Positions 10,901 to 22,349 of a stretch of DNA of 64,000 nucleotides are shown one piece after another. This stretch comes from Amoebophrya sp. A120 (Eukaryota; Protista; Dinoflagellata): positions 1,926,281 to 1,990,280 of the forward strand of contig CAJINV010000013.1 in NCBI GenBank assembly GCA_905178155.1. The letters are read 5' to 3'. Each line of letters opens with the position of its first letter. The first letter of the stretch is position 1. The notes under the pieces are model-generated. The model was given only the letters and a program-made list of their open reading frames with translations. It was not told where the DNA came from and did not search any database. Both the position numbers and the translations under genes were made by a program.

Positions 10901-13520
10901 GGGTCTTGTTTGTCAGTTTCTAGCTCGTGTGCGGTGTGGTCAGTTCATGCGCAGAGGCGGTCTGCTCGCTCGGTGTGGGAGGTTGCTATGCCGTATCTTT
11001 TCTCGGCTGTGAGCGATGGGTCGCTTGTCTTTTACATACGGTATACCCCAGTCACCGGGACGTGGGGGGCATGATGTATGGCCGGGGTGATTGCAGTTTG
11101 CTAGCCGGACAGGGAATTTTCTTGCTTCCGCTACCGATCACGGGCTGGGTTCCCGCGGCTTCTTTCACCGTCATTTAGGTTTGGTGGGCGGCGCCCGTTC
11201 AAATGGCAGTGTGCGACATGATGCGTCTCTTTCAGGATTTTGGTCTTGGGGGCCACAGTTTCTTCTTGTCCATTGCTTGGCGGATCCTCAGAGGTTGTTA
11301 TTGTGGCACGCGGCCGCGCCGGAACTCGCCATGATGAGAGGATTGTAGGTATCGCCAGGTCGTCGAGGGGGAGGGCGTAGGACCTGTCGTGCGGGTTGTT
11401 CGAGATTGCTTACAGGACGCGTGCGAGTAGAGTGGCTCCCTTCTATGAGAGGGATTTCCTTCTTCGGGTCCTCACATACACTGCTCCTGCCGTTTGCGTA
11501 GTTGGTTTTCGCTGTGAAGGATTCATTTTTTTTTCCCCCTCCCTCCCACCCAAGTGGCCGCTCACGTCGTGCCGGTCCGCCCGGACAGACGTGTTGGTGG
11601 TGGAGTGGGCCGTTCCCCGCTACGGAAGCTAGGCCCGGCCTGCTTCGCCCAGCCCCTTCAGGCTCGATCCAACGGGCCGCTTGGGTGTTGGCTCTGTCTG
11701 GATAACACTCGGAAGGAACGCAGCGAAAGTACTAGAAGTGGGAGATGAGGGCGGCGGGGACGAGCGAAGCGCTCGCGTTCCTGCAATGGACAACGCGGAG
11801 GAACGGCTGCTGTTCAGCAAGACCGAGACCAGGACTCTGGGGTCCGAAGTCAATAGAAAGCTGATCGGGGTCAGGGCGCGGAGTAAATCGACCGATGCGC
11901 ATAGTTCTGCGCTGTCACAGACGGCCATGACCCACGAGGAGGCAGTGAGGGAGGGCGGGCAGACCAGAAATAACCTGCGCCACGGCCTGTGGCTTTCGCA
12001 GACGATCCACGCAGTGTATGCGCCGCTCGGCATGGTTACCATGCTCTGCTTCGAATGGTACCAGCTGCGTATGGAGGGAATAAGCATCGGGTATCTGAGC
12101 GGACTCTTTGACCCCCGGAGCAGGGAGCCTTTTGCTGACGAGCAGGACTGGTCTGATTACGTGCAGCGCCGGGTCCTTGCGCAAAACGGCGACGTTCGTA
12201 CCGTGTGCCCTGACCTCGAGTACCAGCTGCGCGAGCGCTGGGCGTTTTCTACATTTTTGCGCGTGCTGTACGTACATGGGGCTCTTGTCACAGGGGCCGT
12301 CTTTGCGTTGCTTAACATCGTGATCGAGTGCCAGACCCATTTTGGTGCTGCGAAAAGTCAAACTTTGGAGGGGCAGCGCGCGATACTAGAAATGTTCGAC
12401 CCGGAGGACGAGGCAGACCCGCGGGAGCTCCGCGCCAGCGAAAGGACACCAAGCGAGATCATCAAACCCCGACTTTCAGCTAAAAGTACAAGATCGACTG
12501 TGGTCCTGCTACCGCGCGGCGGAATCATCAAGCGGGTGAAAAATCAGGTCTCTCACCGGCGGCATAATTCCTCGACCCTCCTAGCGGGGAATGAGCAGGA
12601 GGGCGAGGCTCGGGACCACGAAGACGATCATGCCTCTGGTTCTTCGGTCGTCGTCCAAGTGGACCTGAAGAAGACGGCCTTGATTAAGGAAGGTTCCTGG
12701 TCGTATTGGCTGCCCTGCCTGTGCTTCACTGCGGAGATACTGACCATCGCAATGGCGTTTGCACTTCCGGGCATGGTGTGTTTCGAAAGGATCATCTCTT
12801 CCTGGGGTACGACAGGTGTCACAAGTAAGGGCGGCGCCCGCAGCATTGGCTCCCTCGTGAACCGCTGGTACTACTATGCAATACAAATTTATTCCCGTAC
12901 AGGTACATGTACAAGATGCATACACAAATTTCGCCAATTTGGAGTGTAACACTTGTCAACATGCTAAACTAGGCTCGAAGCTAAGTTTTGTCATGCAGAG
13001 ACCGTATTTGTACGTGTCTGTATGGGAATAAATTTACTGTGGATAACTACGCCCTGTGGCAGAATCTTCCGGACTGCGGCCTGTTCTGGGACTCGGTTTC
13101 CCCCGACCCCCAGTGTTTTCAGCCTACCAACGCGTTCGGGCACGTGGGCGCGATCCCCTCGGAGCAGCTCCGATTCGAGCTTGGAAACCACACGAAGTTG
13201 TGGTGGATGCAGCCGTATCCACTGCAAAAGCATCGCACTCGTTCTTGTAGTCGCAATCATGCATGTGCATCATGTGACAAATCAGGCTTCCTATTTGTTT
13301 CTGAATCTGTGATACAAATTGAAATTCCAACTTTCTTGTTGAAAAAAAATGTCATACGCTTTACTTAAACCAGTGCGATGCTTTATTTGCAACGCATAAG
13401 CCGCCTGAGGTGACCTACACAACTTGGACAACAGAGCGGATCGCAAACTACCAGCTGGGAACGCAAATGACGGACTGGAAGCATGTCAAAAACACCTTCA
13501 TTCCGGAATGGAACGAGTAG
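4924..13520 (+). CDS. Large hypothetical multi-pass membrane protein (low-complexity N-terminus, coiled coil, several hydrophobic helices); interrupted by 4 introners and a 4.24-kb block
   Basis: ORFs 4897-6852, 6827-7030, 7234-7764, 11681-12949 and 12988-13368 join in frame after removing introners 6774, 6974, 12875 and 13216 and block 7535-11774; ends ...FIPEWNE TAG 13518-13520. Confidence 0.7.
6774..6883. mobile_element. TIR introner, short fold-back family
   Basis: Long internal inverted repeat CGAAACTGTGCGTCAC...GTGACGCACAGTTTCG; TSD CTGCT/CTGCC; left end TGT (degenerate TAT); removal restores frame. Confidence 0.82.
6974..7246. mobile_element. TIR introner, TGCACAACTCCCCCT family
   Basis: 23-bp perfect IR TGCACAACTCCCCCTCCCCCTCA; ends TAC.../...ATA; TSD TGGTC/CGGCC; removal gives MV|PAASYE. 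Confidence 0.82.
8205..8860. repeat. Imperfect long inverted repeat (fold-back) centred near 8540 with internal TGCAAGTTTT tandem units
   Basis: 24-bp perfect IR 8455-8478/8607-8630; 13-bp perfect IR 8380-8392/8693-8705; weaker pairing further out. Confidence 0.75.
10869..10927 (+). repeat. 25-bp perfect direct repeat x2
   Basis: GTCTTGTTTGTCAGTTTCTAGCTCG at 10869-10893 and 10903-10927. Confidence 0.85.
12875..13045. mobile_element. TIR introner
   Basis: TSD ACTAC; IR core AAATTTATTCCCRTACAG; removal gives RWYY|ALWQ. Confidence 0.88.
13216..13398. mobile_element. TIR introner
   Basis: TSD AGCCG; IR core AAAGCATCGCACT; removal gives WMQP|PEVT. Confidence 0.88.
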
Positions 13521-13883
13521 GGAAAAAAATACTAGATGTAGAAACCAATCGATACTTGAGCAGATTGGTCTGACTAGAAAAGTAAGTATGGATTTCTCTT
13601 CGCCCAGGCTACGAACAAAACAAAATAAAATGTTGCACCAGCATGAGCAACAAACGGAACGAGAAAATGTTGCACCAGAAAAAGTTCATGTACAGTACCA
13701 GGGGCTCACTGGAAGAAGATTTTTTCAGAATCAGATGCTTTTGGTGTATCTGTATTGCCCTTTCGTGAAATAGTAATTCAAATTGTCGGTCTGTCTCTGG
13801 TGTTGCTGTTCTTCTTCTCCATGTGATTCTGTAGTTTCTCCGTCCTCTTCCCACACACCTAGTATGAGCTGTGCCTCGTAATC

Positions 13884-14001
13884 AATCTTGTCTATGTGGC
13901 GGCACACAGGCCACCCCAAGGGATCGCGTACGTTAGAGCTGGGGGAAATTTAGAGGTGCTTGCAGCGCCCATATTGCATAGTGTGATAAATCTTGTCTAT
14001 G
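13884..14001. repeat. 92-bp insert flanked by a 13-bp direct repeat (possible truncated retroposed fragment)
   Basis: AATCTTGTCTATG at 13884-13896 and 13989-14001. Confidence 0.5.
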
Positions 14002-14370
14002 CCTGGTGATCTATATGCTCCTGTTGGATTCGTATGTACTAGGCCATCGAAATTTTTCGTATTCGTGTCAAGGAGAAGAATGTAAGTCAACTCCGTATTG
14101 TCGTGTTGTTGTGAAGGAAAAAGTCATTTTCCTTTTTTCAGTGCTGGTGTTTGATCAAGTTTGCCTTCGTCCTATGCTCGGTCTTCGTTTTGCTCTTGCG
14201 AAGAAACGAGGTATGACCATCGACGTAATCAAGATCATGGAAAAAAGGCGGAAGGACGATGAGACCATCGCAGTAGGCGAAAAATCTTGTAACCGGCACA
14301 CGACTTGCTCTCATCCTCCGTGAAAATTGTCGCCCAGAACGAGTTGTAAATTACAACGTCAAGACCTGGA

Positions 14371-17300
14371 ATGTTCCGGAGCCCGAGCGGCGCGGCTATG
14401 AACCCCTTGCCGAACAACATTAAGGCTGGAACTTTTGAGGATCAGGTCGAAGTTGATAGTATCATTCTGAACGAAGACGAGCAGGCTCAGGAAACGCTTG
14501 TCGGCAAGGAGAAGTCTTTTGCTCAGCAACATATGACTACGGCCGCGAATAAAAGTCATTTTTTAGCCACCTCCGCGGCCTCAAATTACTCCTCGAACTT
14601 CGACGAATTTCAGCTGTCAAAAAGTGGCACTTGTACTAGAGCAGGAGCAGCCTCTACGTCGGCTTCAGGTGCAGGTCCTCGTCCTGGTGGCATTTTCAAC
14701 ATGGGAGGGCTCTTGCTCGGTTCGAAGCAATTCCGCGATAAGTGGTCGTCAAAGCTGTCGAACTTCTCCATTCAGTACAACCTGGGCTGCGCGTATGCAA
14801 CGCAAATAAAGTACTATCGCCTTCGCCACGGTCGATGTGGATGTGAGAATGTCCGATCATAGAACGATTTATGAATGTATGATGTTGAAGAAAACGCTTC
14901 TTCTTCTTCACAAAAAAGTTGAACTATCTGCGCATCAAGCTGAAAGTACCCAGAAGTATAACTACAGCTGTTTTTCATGATCTTTGCTGATGAGAGCGAC
15001 GACATCTTCAAGGCTCCTGTGCGATACCACATTTGCGTGGGATGACGCGACTTTGGCGATTGCTATTATGCAAACCCATTCGGATGTGATCGCCGACAGC
15101 GAGAATCCGCCCGACTTCCCGGTGCTTACCAAAACGGAGAAAACGCTGACTTTGGCGATGATTTTCGTCGGCAACGTGGTCGGGATGCTCAGCATGGGCT
15201 ATCTGGGAGATTTGCTTGGCGTCCCGAAAGCCATCGTCTGCACCACCGGAATTAGCATTTTTGGACAGGTAGGTTCTTTTGTAGATACAACTTGATGCAG
15301 GAGCCGTTTGCCGGGTGCTCGAAGTAGTTTTTGATGCTGCGCCCAGATGACATGATGAGCCAGGACCCCCTCATCTTTCTCATCGTCGGGAACGGAGCAC
15401 AACACCGACCTCCTTATAGTGATGCTGATTTTCTTCAATTTGTTACTACAGGCTGGCGTGGCGTTCTTCACGACCGGGGAGTGGATTTACGAGATTTTCA
15501 TTCTCTTCCGTTTTGTGCTGGGCATCGGGGTTGGCGGCCTGTACCCCTTGAGCGCAAAACAGGCCGCGCTTGAAGCCAGGAAAGCGGCCGCGAGGTACCA
15601 ATATACGTATATGGACACAGGAAATAAAGTTGTCAGGTGCGACCGCGACGCGAAGACCACAGGATAGTTTTTAGCTTCATATTTGTTCGAGTTTTGAGCT
15701 TTATGTGTTTGTCATCTACATATAAACATTTTATGGTCCTCGATGAAGCACGAGTCGTGCTTCAGCTTTGAAATAAGTGTTTGCAACTAGAACTACATTC
15801 AAGAGATGGTATATAAAACGTGCACTTCCACATGACTTTCAGCTCTTCTTCCTCACCTTCATCCGCAAGCGCGGACCAGGCGAGCAAGGTCGGGTGGAAT
15901 TTTTTCTGGCAGCAGCCCGGCAACTGTGCTCCCTACCTCGTCGGCTTGTGCCTCTTTGCCGTGTCGACCAACACCGGTTTTCAATTTCGCTGCCTCGTCG
16001 CGCTGGGAATCGTGCCGCTGGCCTTGGTGTTTATGTGGAACGTCGAAAAAGTCAGGGAGGAGGAACTATGCTGAGCAAAAGCAATATCAAACGGAGATGT
16101 GGAGCTTGGGTAAATGAATTTTTTTTCTCCGATGATCTTTCCATGTGTTGCACCAACGCGAGCGCTCTTTCGATTTCGTACTTACCTTATCCTGGAGCTG
16201 AAATCCAGTGAATTCGCTCGTTACTGTTTCTTGTTTTTAACTTGGATGCGGTCGTCGCACCGACTACTGAACGCCTTCCATTGAAAAGGCAATCTTAATC
16301 TTTTTCATAAACAAAAACGATATTGCTTTGCTTTTCCCGTGCATACCCTTACTCGCTGTCGCAGCAAGACCCCTATCGGACTGGCTACCAACCTGGTCTT
16401 GAGAACACCTACCGGCTTCGCAGCAACAGCGCGAGTACCACGGCGGCAAGCACCTCTAGCGCGAACAACTCCGCCTCGGAGGCGACGCTCCCGGAGATAG
16501 AGCTCCGTGCCGACCTCGATCAGGATGTTGATCCTTTTGAAGTTTCAACGAATAATTCTGGACTCGGCACTAGAACCGAAACGTCTTCGAGCACAAGCGC
16601 ATCGTCTGCAAGTATAATGATTAACGCTGGAGGTGGAGGTGGAGGACCAACATCAGCAGGAGGAAGTGCTAGCTCTTCCTCTTCATTACATAACGGAGCT
16701 GCAAGTAGGAGAAACACGATGTCCGCCCCCGGCGGCGCGCCTCTGCAGCAAATGTTTACGCCGTATAACAAGGAGACGCTGCTTGGTACCGGCGGCACGT
16801 GGTTCCTGTTCGACGTCGCCTACTACGGCACGCAGATCTTTTCTCCCTTCATTTTGCAGCAGATTTTCGTGCAGAAATCACTGCAGTCCAACTGCCTGCA
16901 GGCTCTGGTGTCCGCGTGTTTCCAAATCCCCGGCACAATTGCGGGGATCTACTACCTTCAGAATTACGTCGACGTGAAACAGCTGAACGCGCACGGGTTC
17001 CTGCTCATGGGCCTGGTGTTCGGCCTTTTAGCCGTGGGGAAATCCTACGAGCTGCCGTCAGAGTCGCTGTTCTTCCTGTACTGCCTGTTGCAGTTCACGC
17101 TGGGCTTCGGTTGCATCCTGGCGACGTACATTTTGCCGACGGTGGTTTTCGACAAGTCCGTGCAGTCCACGATGCACGGCATCTCCGCCGGGCTGGGGAA
17201 GGCCGGCGCGGCGGTGGGCGCCTTTCTCTTTCCCATCGTGTCCAATTCCCTGCCCAGTCACGTTGCCAACCAAACGCTGATGAGCATCCAGGCACTGGTT

Positions 17301-17597
17301 TGCTGCGCCGGGTTCCTGGTCAACCAGTGGTATGTGCCCGATATCGCGGCAGTCACAGAGCTGTTGCTACGCGAGGAGGAAGAAGGTCTGTCGAGGGTCA
17401 GCAGCCCTGCGAGCAGTGGCGCGATGTTAAACGCCAATAACACCAGCGGCTCTGCTGGTGCTGGTTCAACATTGACCTACCCACAGGTCTATGGGCACCA
17501 CCAGCAGCGACATGCACTATCGTCCGCTGGTCTGTCGCCGGTCGAAACGGTTGCGGACCGAGAACTGCAGAAATTGAAAATACGCGGAGCGGAGTGA
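14371..17597 (+). CDS. MFS transporter, PHO84/PHS-like (probable phosphate:H+ symporter)
   Basis: Motifs SNFSIQYNL, GYLGDLLG, FRFVLGIGVGGLYPLSA, LLGTGGTWFLFDVAYYG, STMHGISAGLGKAGAAVG; introners 14794 and 16067 plus GT-AG introns 15269-15451 and 15595-15842. Confidence 0.85.
14794..15044. mobile_element. TIR introner (decayed; right end ATG)
   Basis: TATGCAACGCAAAT / ATTTGCGTGGGATG; TSD GCGCG/ACGCG; removal gives NLGCA|TLAIA. Confidence 0.72.
16067..16345. mobile_element. TIR introner with no recognisable TSD
   Basis: TATGCTGAGCAAAAGCAATATC / GATATTGCTTTGCTTTTCCCGTGCATA; removing the element plus 5 nt restores frame although the flanks are GGAAC/CCCTT. Confidence 0.65.
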
Positions 17598-18445
17598 CGA
17601 GGACAAACGACCATGCTCAGGATGTGTATAGAATTGCATTTTTACCTCCGAGAGGATTCATCTCAACAGCAGCATGGGCTCTTTGTTTTGCGGGTGGAAA
17701 TCACAGATGGCGCTACTAAGTGCACGGCAGATAACGCTCATTGGTTCCGATTTTTTTCGCTGTAGAAGGGAGTGTGGCAGTATACATGCAAGTGTTTTGT
17801 ACGCGTGGATGAAATTGGAGGTGGAATAGAAACAAATTTACCGTAAGAGCAAAAACTTTGTCTTTTAATCGGCGCCTTCGATTCATCTGCTGTTCCTGGG
17901 CCATCTGGCTCGTCTTGTGCGCTCATCCAAGGTCTTCAGGAGTTGCAACTCCAACTTCGTAAATACCTTCTTCATGATATGACTACATCGGGTTTCTTTT
18001 CCTTTTCGTTTGTAAGGAGAGCTGAAAGAAGCTCCTCCGGTGGTATCTCGTCGTAGTCACTTTTGACTGAAATAAAGTGATAAAGTCGAACGAATAAAAA
18101 ATCAAGACCTGGGGGGTGACTGTTCTGCAATTTTTTTCTGAACACGTCTGAAACTGAATTAGATTGAGAAATAAGATTCTGTACGAAAATCTTTGACTCT
18201 AATCCATACCCATAGGAATTGGAGTTGTATCAGGCCGCAGAATTGGTCTGCATTGTGGGTTTTTGTTTTAAGAGGAGCTTCCGGAGTAACAACAAGTCCC
18301 TGCGACACACTTTTTTGCAGATCATTTGGCACGGTTAGATGTAGGGGGTGTATTTACTCACGCGCGGAATTTCGTATTTTTTCTCTGTGCACCATCACAA
18401 ATTCCTTTTTCCACTCCGACAATTTCTAATCCAAATTCAAAAACC

Positions 18446-19636
18446 ATGTCTGACTATGCGGTTGTGAACCCGAAGTTGTTATGTGCGCTCGCACGGCAGG
18501 CAGCACTGGCAAACGCCGAGTTTGACAAAGAAGACGCTGGTATGATTTTCAACTTATTTAATGACGAGCACACTCCGGCGCCACCGCCAGGTCTTAGTCT
18601 TACTAAGTAGAACAAAGACAACATCAATCAAACATGTCCAGCTTTACATCATGCTTATGATTATGCAACTTTTTCTTTTTGTTACAAAAATCCCCAACCA
18701 ACACGAAGGTATCTCCAACGTGGAAGTGCTCAGCGATGGTTTTTCCATTTCCGCAGTTATTTCCGGGCCGGAACAGACCGCGTTTTTCGGAGGGTGCTTC
18801 AAGGTCTTGCTGCAAATCCCCGCAACGAATTTCCCCTCGTCGCCACCCAAGGCGTTTTTTCTCACCAAAATCTTCCACCCCAACATCAACAGCACGAACG
18901 GCGACGTGTGCGTGAATGCGCTGCAAAAGGACTGGGACCCGGCGAAATGGTACTTTGATTTCCATCTTTGCCATTGCCGCGTGGCGAAACTTTTTTTTCA
19001 AAACAGGCTTCGATGTCGTGTGTGTGTCTGTGTGGCATGAACAAAAGTCTTCACTTCTATCAAGCTTATTAACGACAGTTATTTCGCGTTTGTGACAACT
19101 CCTCTTCAATATGCGTAGGGCTATCAAAGATGAAAATCACAACCAGGTCGCTCGCCCACATTTTTCGCGTGATTCGCTGTCTCCTGATCATTCCGTTTCC
19201 GGAGTCGGCATTGAACCCGGAGGCGGCCCGGCTGTTCATGGAAGATTACCAGGAGTTCTGCGCGCACGCAAAAATGATGGTAAACGTGCACGCGAGGACA
19301 AGAATGCAGCCCGGAGCGGGCTCTGATAAGGAAAACAGTCAGCAGCGCCGGGGAACAGGTGTGGCGAACGCAAAAGTGACTTGCTCTGCGTCGGGTGCAG
19401 CACCAAATGGGACGACGACAAAGACAGGAGCTTCTTGCGAAAGCAGACAGGTTGTGATCAAGAACGCCAAGGATCTCGCCAGCGGAGATCCAGCGTGCGC
19501 CGCGAAAGCAACTACAAATAGCGGCGCAACCACCAGCGCTCTCGGCGGAGGTGGCACAGGGACACACGGTTCTTCGAAACTGGGAGGTATGCAAATGGCA
19601 GCAAAGAAAAGTAAGTCCGCGCTGCGCCGATTGTGA
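18446..19636 (+). CDS. UBE2S: Ubiquitin-conjugating enzyme E2 S
   Basis: FPSSPPKAFFLTKIFHPNI...GDVCVN..QKDW, IRCLLIIPFPESALNPEA and the C-terminal ALRRL typical of UBE2S; inferred intron ~18500-18680 and GT-AG intron 18950-19146. Confidence 0.9.
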
Positions 19637-20647
19637 TAGATAATAGAACAGTTGCAGGAACGGGAACGCAGCTGACGAAAATTGATTGCGTGCAGAATTA
19701 CTTGGTTCGCTTCTTGCTGGATGTGCATTCGCTGTGAGATTTTTGCGAACACTATGCTTTGTGCTCCTGCTAGTGCTGCACCTACGACTCCGTACACTTT
19801 GTTTTTGTGATGTTTCTTGAGCAGTATCTCTATCTATTGTGGCGCTTGTTTCCGTATACACAAGTACACGAGTTCGATCTACATCATGCGCATACATGTA
19901 GTTTTTTCGTGAACTTCGCACTAGCGGTTGAAATTGATAATCGGCACCAGTGTTCACCGTGAACATCTACAAATTAACACCAACTGTACACGAAAATCTA
20001 TCATCTTGAAAACCAAAACTTCTGCGCTCATCAGTGTTGTTTTGGTTTGCTTTTCTTCGGCAAATTGTCAAGGAAAGTGCCTGCATTGCTTTGATACCAG
20101 CATCTTCAACTTATTGGAACAGCGCTTCATCTCTACTACATGACGAAATCATTTTTTCAAATGGGGAAAACAACCTTTCGGCAGAAACGACTAAAATTCA
20201 TACACCTCTGGGTTCAGCTCAAGCTTGGCGAACCAGGATTTTTGATTCAATGTACATTGGAGCATATAACAAAAATATGAAAGAGCACCGCGGCTCCGGT
20301 TTACTTACAAAGTTGATGAAGAAGGCGCCATATCGTCTTTTGGCGGCACCGGCAGCGGGCTGGACGGACTTGCTATTTGCATGTCCCTGTCCCCAGGGTA
20401 GTTTTCAGGAGTACAAACAGATCGAGTTTGTTGGCTCATTCTTCACGGAAAATTTGAAGATTGATAAGACGCATAATCGGGGTGGATGAGAGTTTGAAGA
20501 TGAGAGACATTGGAAGTTTGGATGAGAGTTTGCAGATAAGATGAGAAGTAGAGATGAGATAGCACCAACAGAGGTTAGGTTCGAAAGCAATGAGGGACCG
20601 ACAGAGACAAGAGCAGCTCCGAGATCGAGCCATGATGTGGCCCAGAT

Positions 20648-20683
20648 CCAAACCATTGACCAAACCATTGACCAAACCATTGA
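20648..20683 (+). repeat. 12-bp tandem repeat x3
   Basis: CCAAACCATTGA three times. Confidence 0.9.
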
Positions 20684-22349
20684 CATGCGACGCAAGCCAC
20701 GCCCGATATTTTATTCATCTGGTGGAAATTTTATTTTTATGTTTACAGTTATAGGTTTCTTTGTAGACGAGCTCCGGTCCCACAAGGAGAAGCATGATTT
20801 TTTTGTGGCCCATGCCGTGAGTGCTGCCGGAATTTGGGTGGTGTTGATGTCGCTAGCGGGATGGGCGTGCGCGCAGATTCCCGCTCCTGCCGCACTCGAG
20901 CGATTGTGGGGCCAGGACCCGGCGCCGACTCGTCCCGTCTGCCCCCATGCCGGCAGCCGTGCACAGTGTGGGCAGAGCGGCGCGACACCTACCGTGTTGA
21001 CGAAGTCGCCCGGGGGCCGGCGGGGCAGTGGCGAAACGCGGAGAGAACCACCCCGCTGCCGCGAAAAAGAGAGCCTCTCACTTTTGGCGAGCAAGGTTCA
21101 CCGGGCGCGCCGCCGGCCGACTGCGGCAGGCTCCGCCCCCACCCGCGGGGATGGAAGCCTGCGCGCGCCGCATATGCCAGGCGCGGGCATTGTAGCCGCG
21201 CGCCCGCGGCCCCTTGGTGTTTTCGGCCCGGCTTGCCCCTGTCGCGTTGCCGCCCCGGCCTTCTAATAAATGGGGGCCCGGCCCGGAGAAGTTCCCAAAT
21301 GAATTCGGTGGGGTCCCTGTGCTACGATTTTGCTGTGCTTCGTTGGTGTCCTAGCCCGGCAGCTTGTCGTGCGCGCGCGCGCGGCTGGCTCTATTCCGTC
21401 TGCCGGGTGTCGGCGCGCAGCGCTTTATGTGGAGCCGGGTCCACTCACATCGCAGAAGATGTTGGAGTCGCTCATGCGGCCACCAGCCTCGAATTGTCCA
21501 CCGAGTGAGATGCCAATAGTTCTTGTCAGTACTCGGGATGGTGATGCCCCGATTTGGGGAAAAACCCCGTCTCTTCTTCTTGTTGCAGGTCCAAGGAGCG
21601 AAGGAACAAGGCGGCAGTACTGCGCAAGTGGATGATGTTGCGGAATTCACATTTTGAGACCTCAGTCCCAGTGTTTTTTCTTTTGACGAAGAGCAATTGA
21701 ATTGACTAGCGTCGTCGTTTTGTGTCGCGCGTCTAAGTCCAGCCTCGGTGCGCAGAGCTCAGCGCTTGAGAGAAGAACCGATCGCCACGTAGATTTTGTT
21801 GAGGAGAAGTAGAAGTTGTGGCGCAGTCCATTGGTACTCGTCTTCGTTCGTTTCGTCTTTTGCGATAGGACGAGCGCCATCGCTGTTCCACCACGATATT
21901 TTATGTTTAATTTTGTCGAGATCAAACACGTAGAAAGGAGAATATTCAATATTGTAGTAAAAACAAAGCGGAACCACGCTAGTGAAGCCGGATAGCCCTC
22001 ACGCCAAGTCCGTCTAGGCCTGTACGTTTTTCGTGTATCGACTGCCAGCTCATAAGAACTAGTCTGTACGTAGAACCAACTGCGCACGCCCAAAACGCCA
22101 TGCCGACCTACCCGTATCAGACCACAGCGCCCCGCGCCAGCGGGCACTCGCGGGCTAGCAGTCGTGCTCCCTCGCCTTCCATGCTGCCGGGGTTCAAGCC
22201 GCCACCGTTGGGAAGTACGAATTTGATTCAACGACATTTATGATCTTTTCATCGACGCAACTCGTGTCAATGATGTGAATCTAGATCAGAAAAAAGTCGA
22301 AGTGCACCACGATTGACTCTGACTGTGAGCAGCAATTTGACCGACGTTC

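Larger units (their letters stand above)
7489..11774 (+). repeat. Three exact direct copies of a 42-46-bp exon segment (7489-7534, 9760-9801, 11729-11774) bracketing two ~2-kb non-coding blocks
   Basis: TAGAAGTGGGAGATGAGGGCGGCGGGGACGAGCGAAGCGCTC is present three times and encodes EVGDEGGGDERSA of gene 2. Confidence 0.9.

Noticed and set aside
7489-11774. CRISPR-like array from three identical 42-bp repeats
   Set aside because: Spacers are ~2 kb, the repeat is coding exon sequence, there are no cas genes and the context is eukaryotic
19124-19966. Long minus-strand ORFs opposite genes (also 46643-47452, 30198-30911)
   Set aside because: Antisense shadows of GC-rich + strand exons
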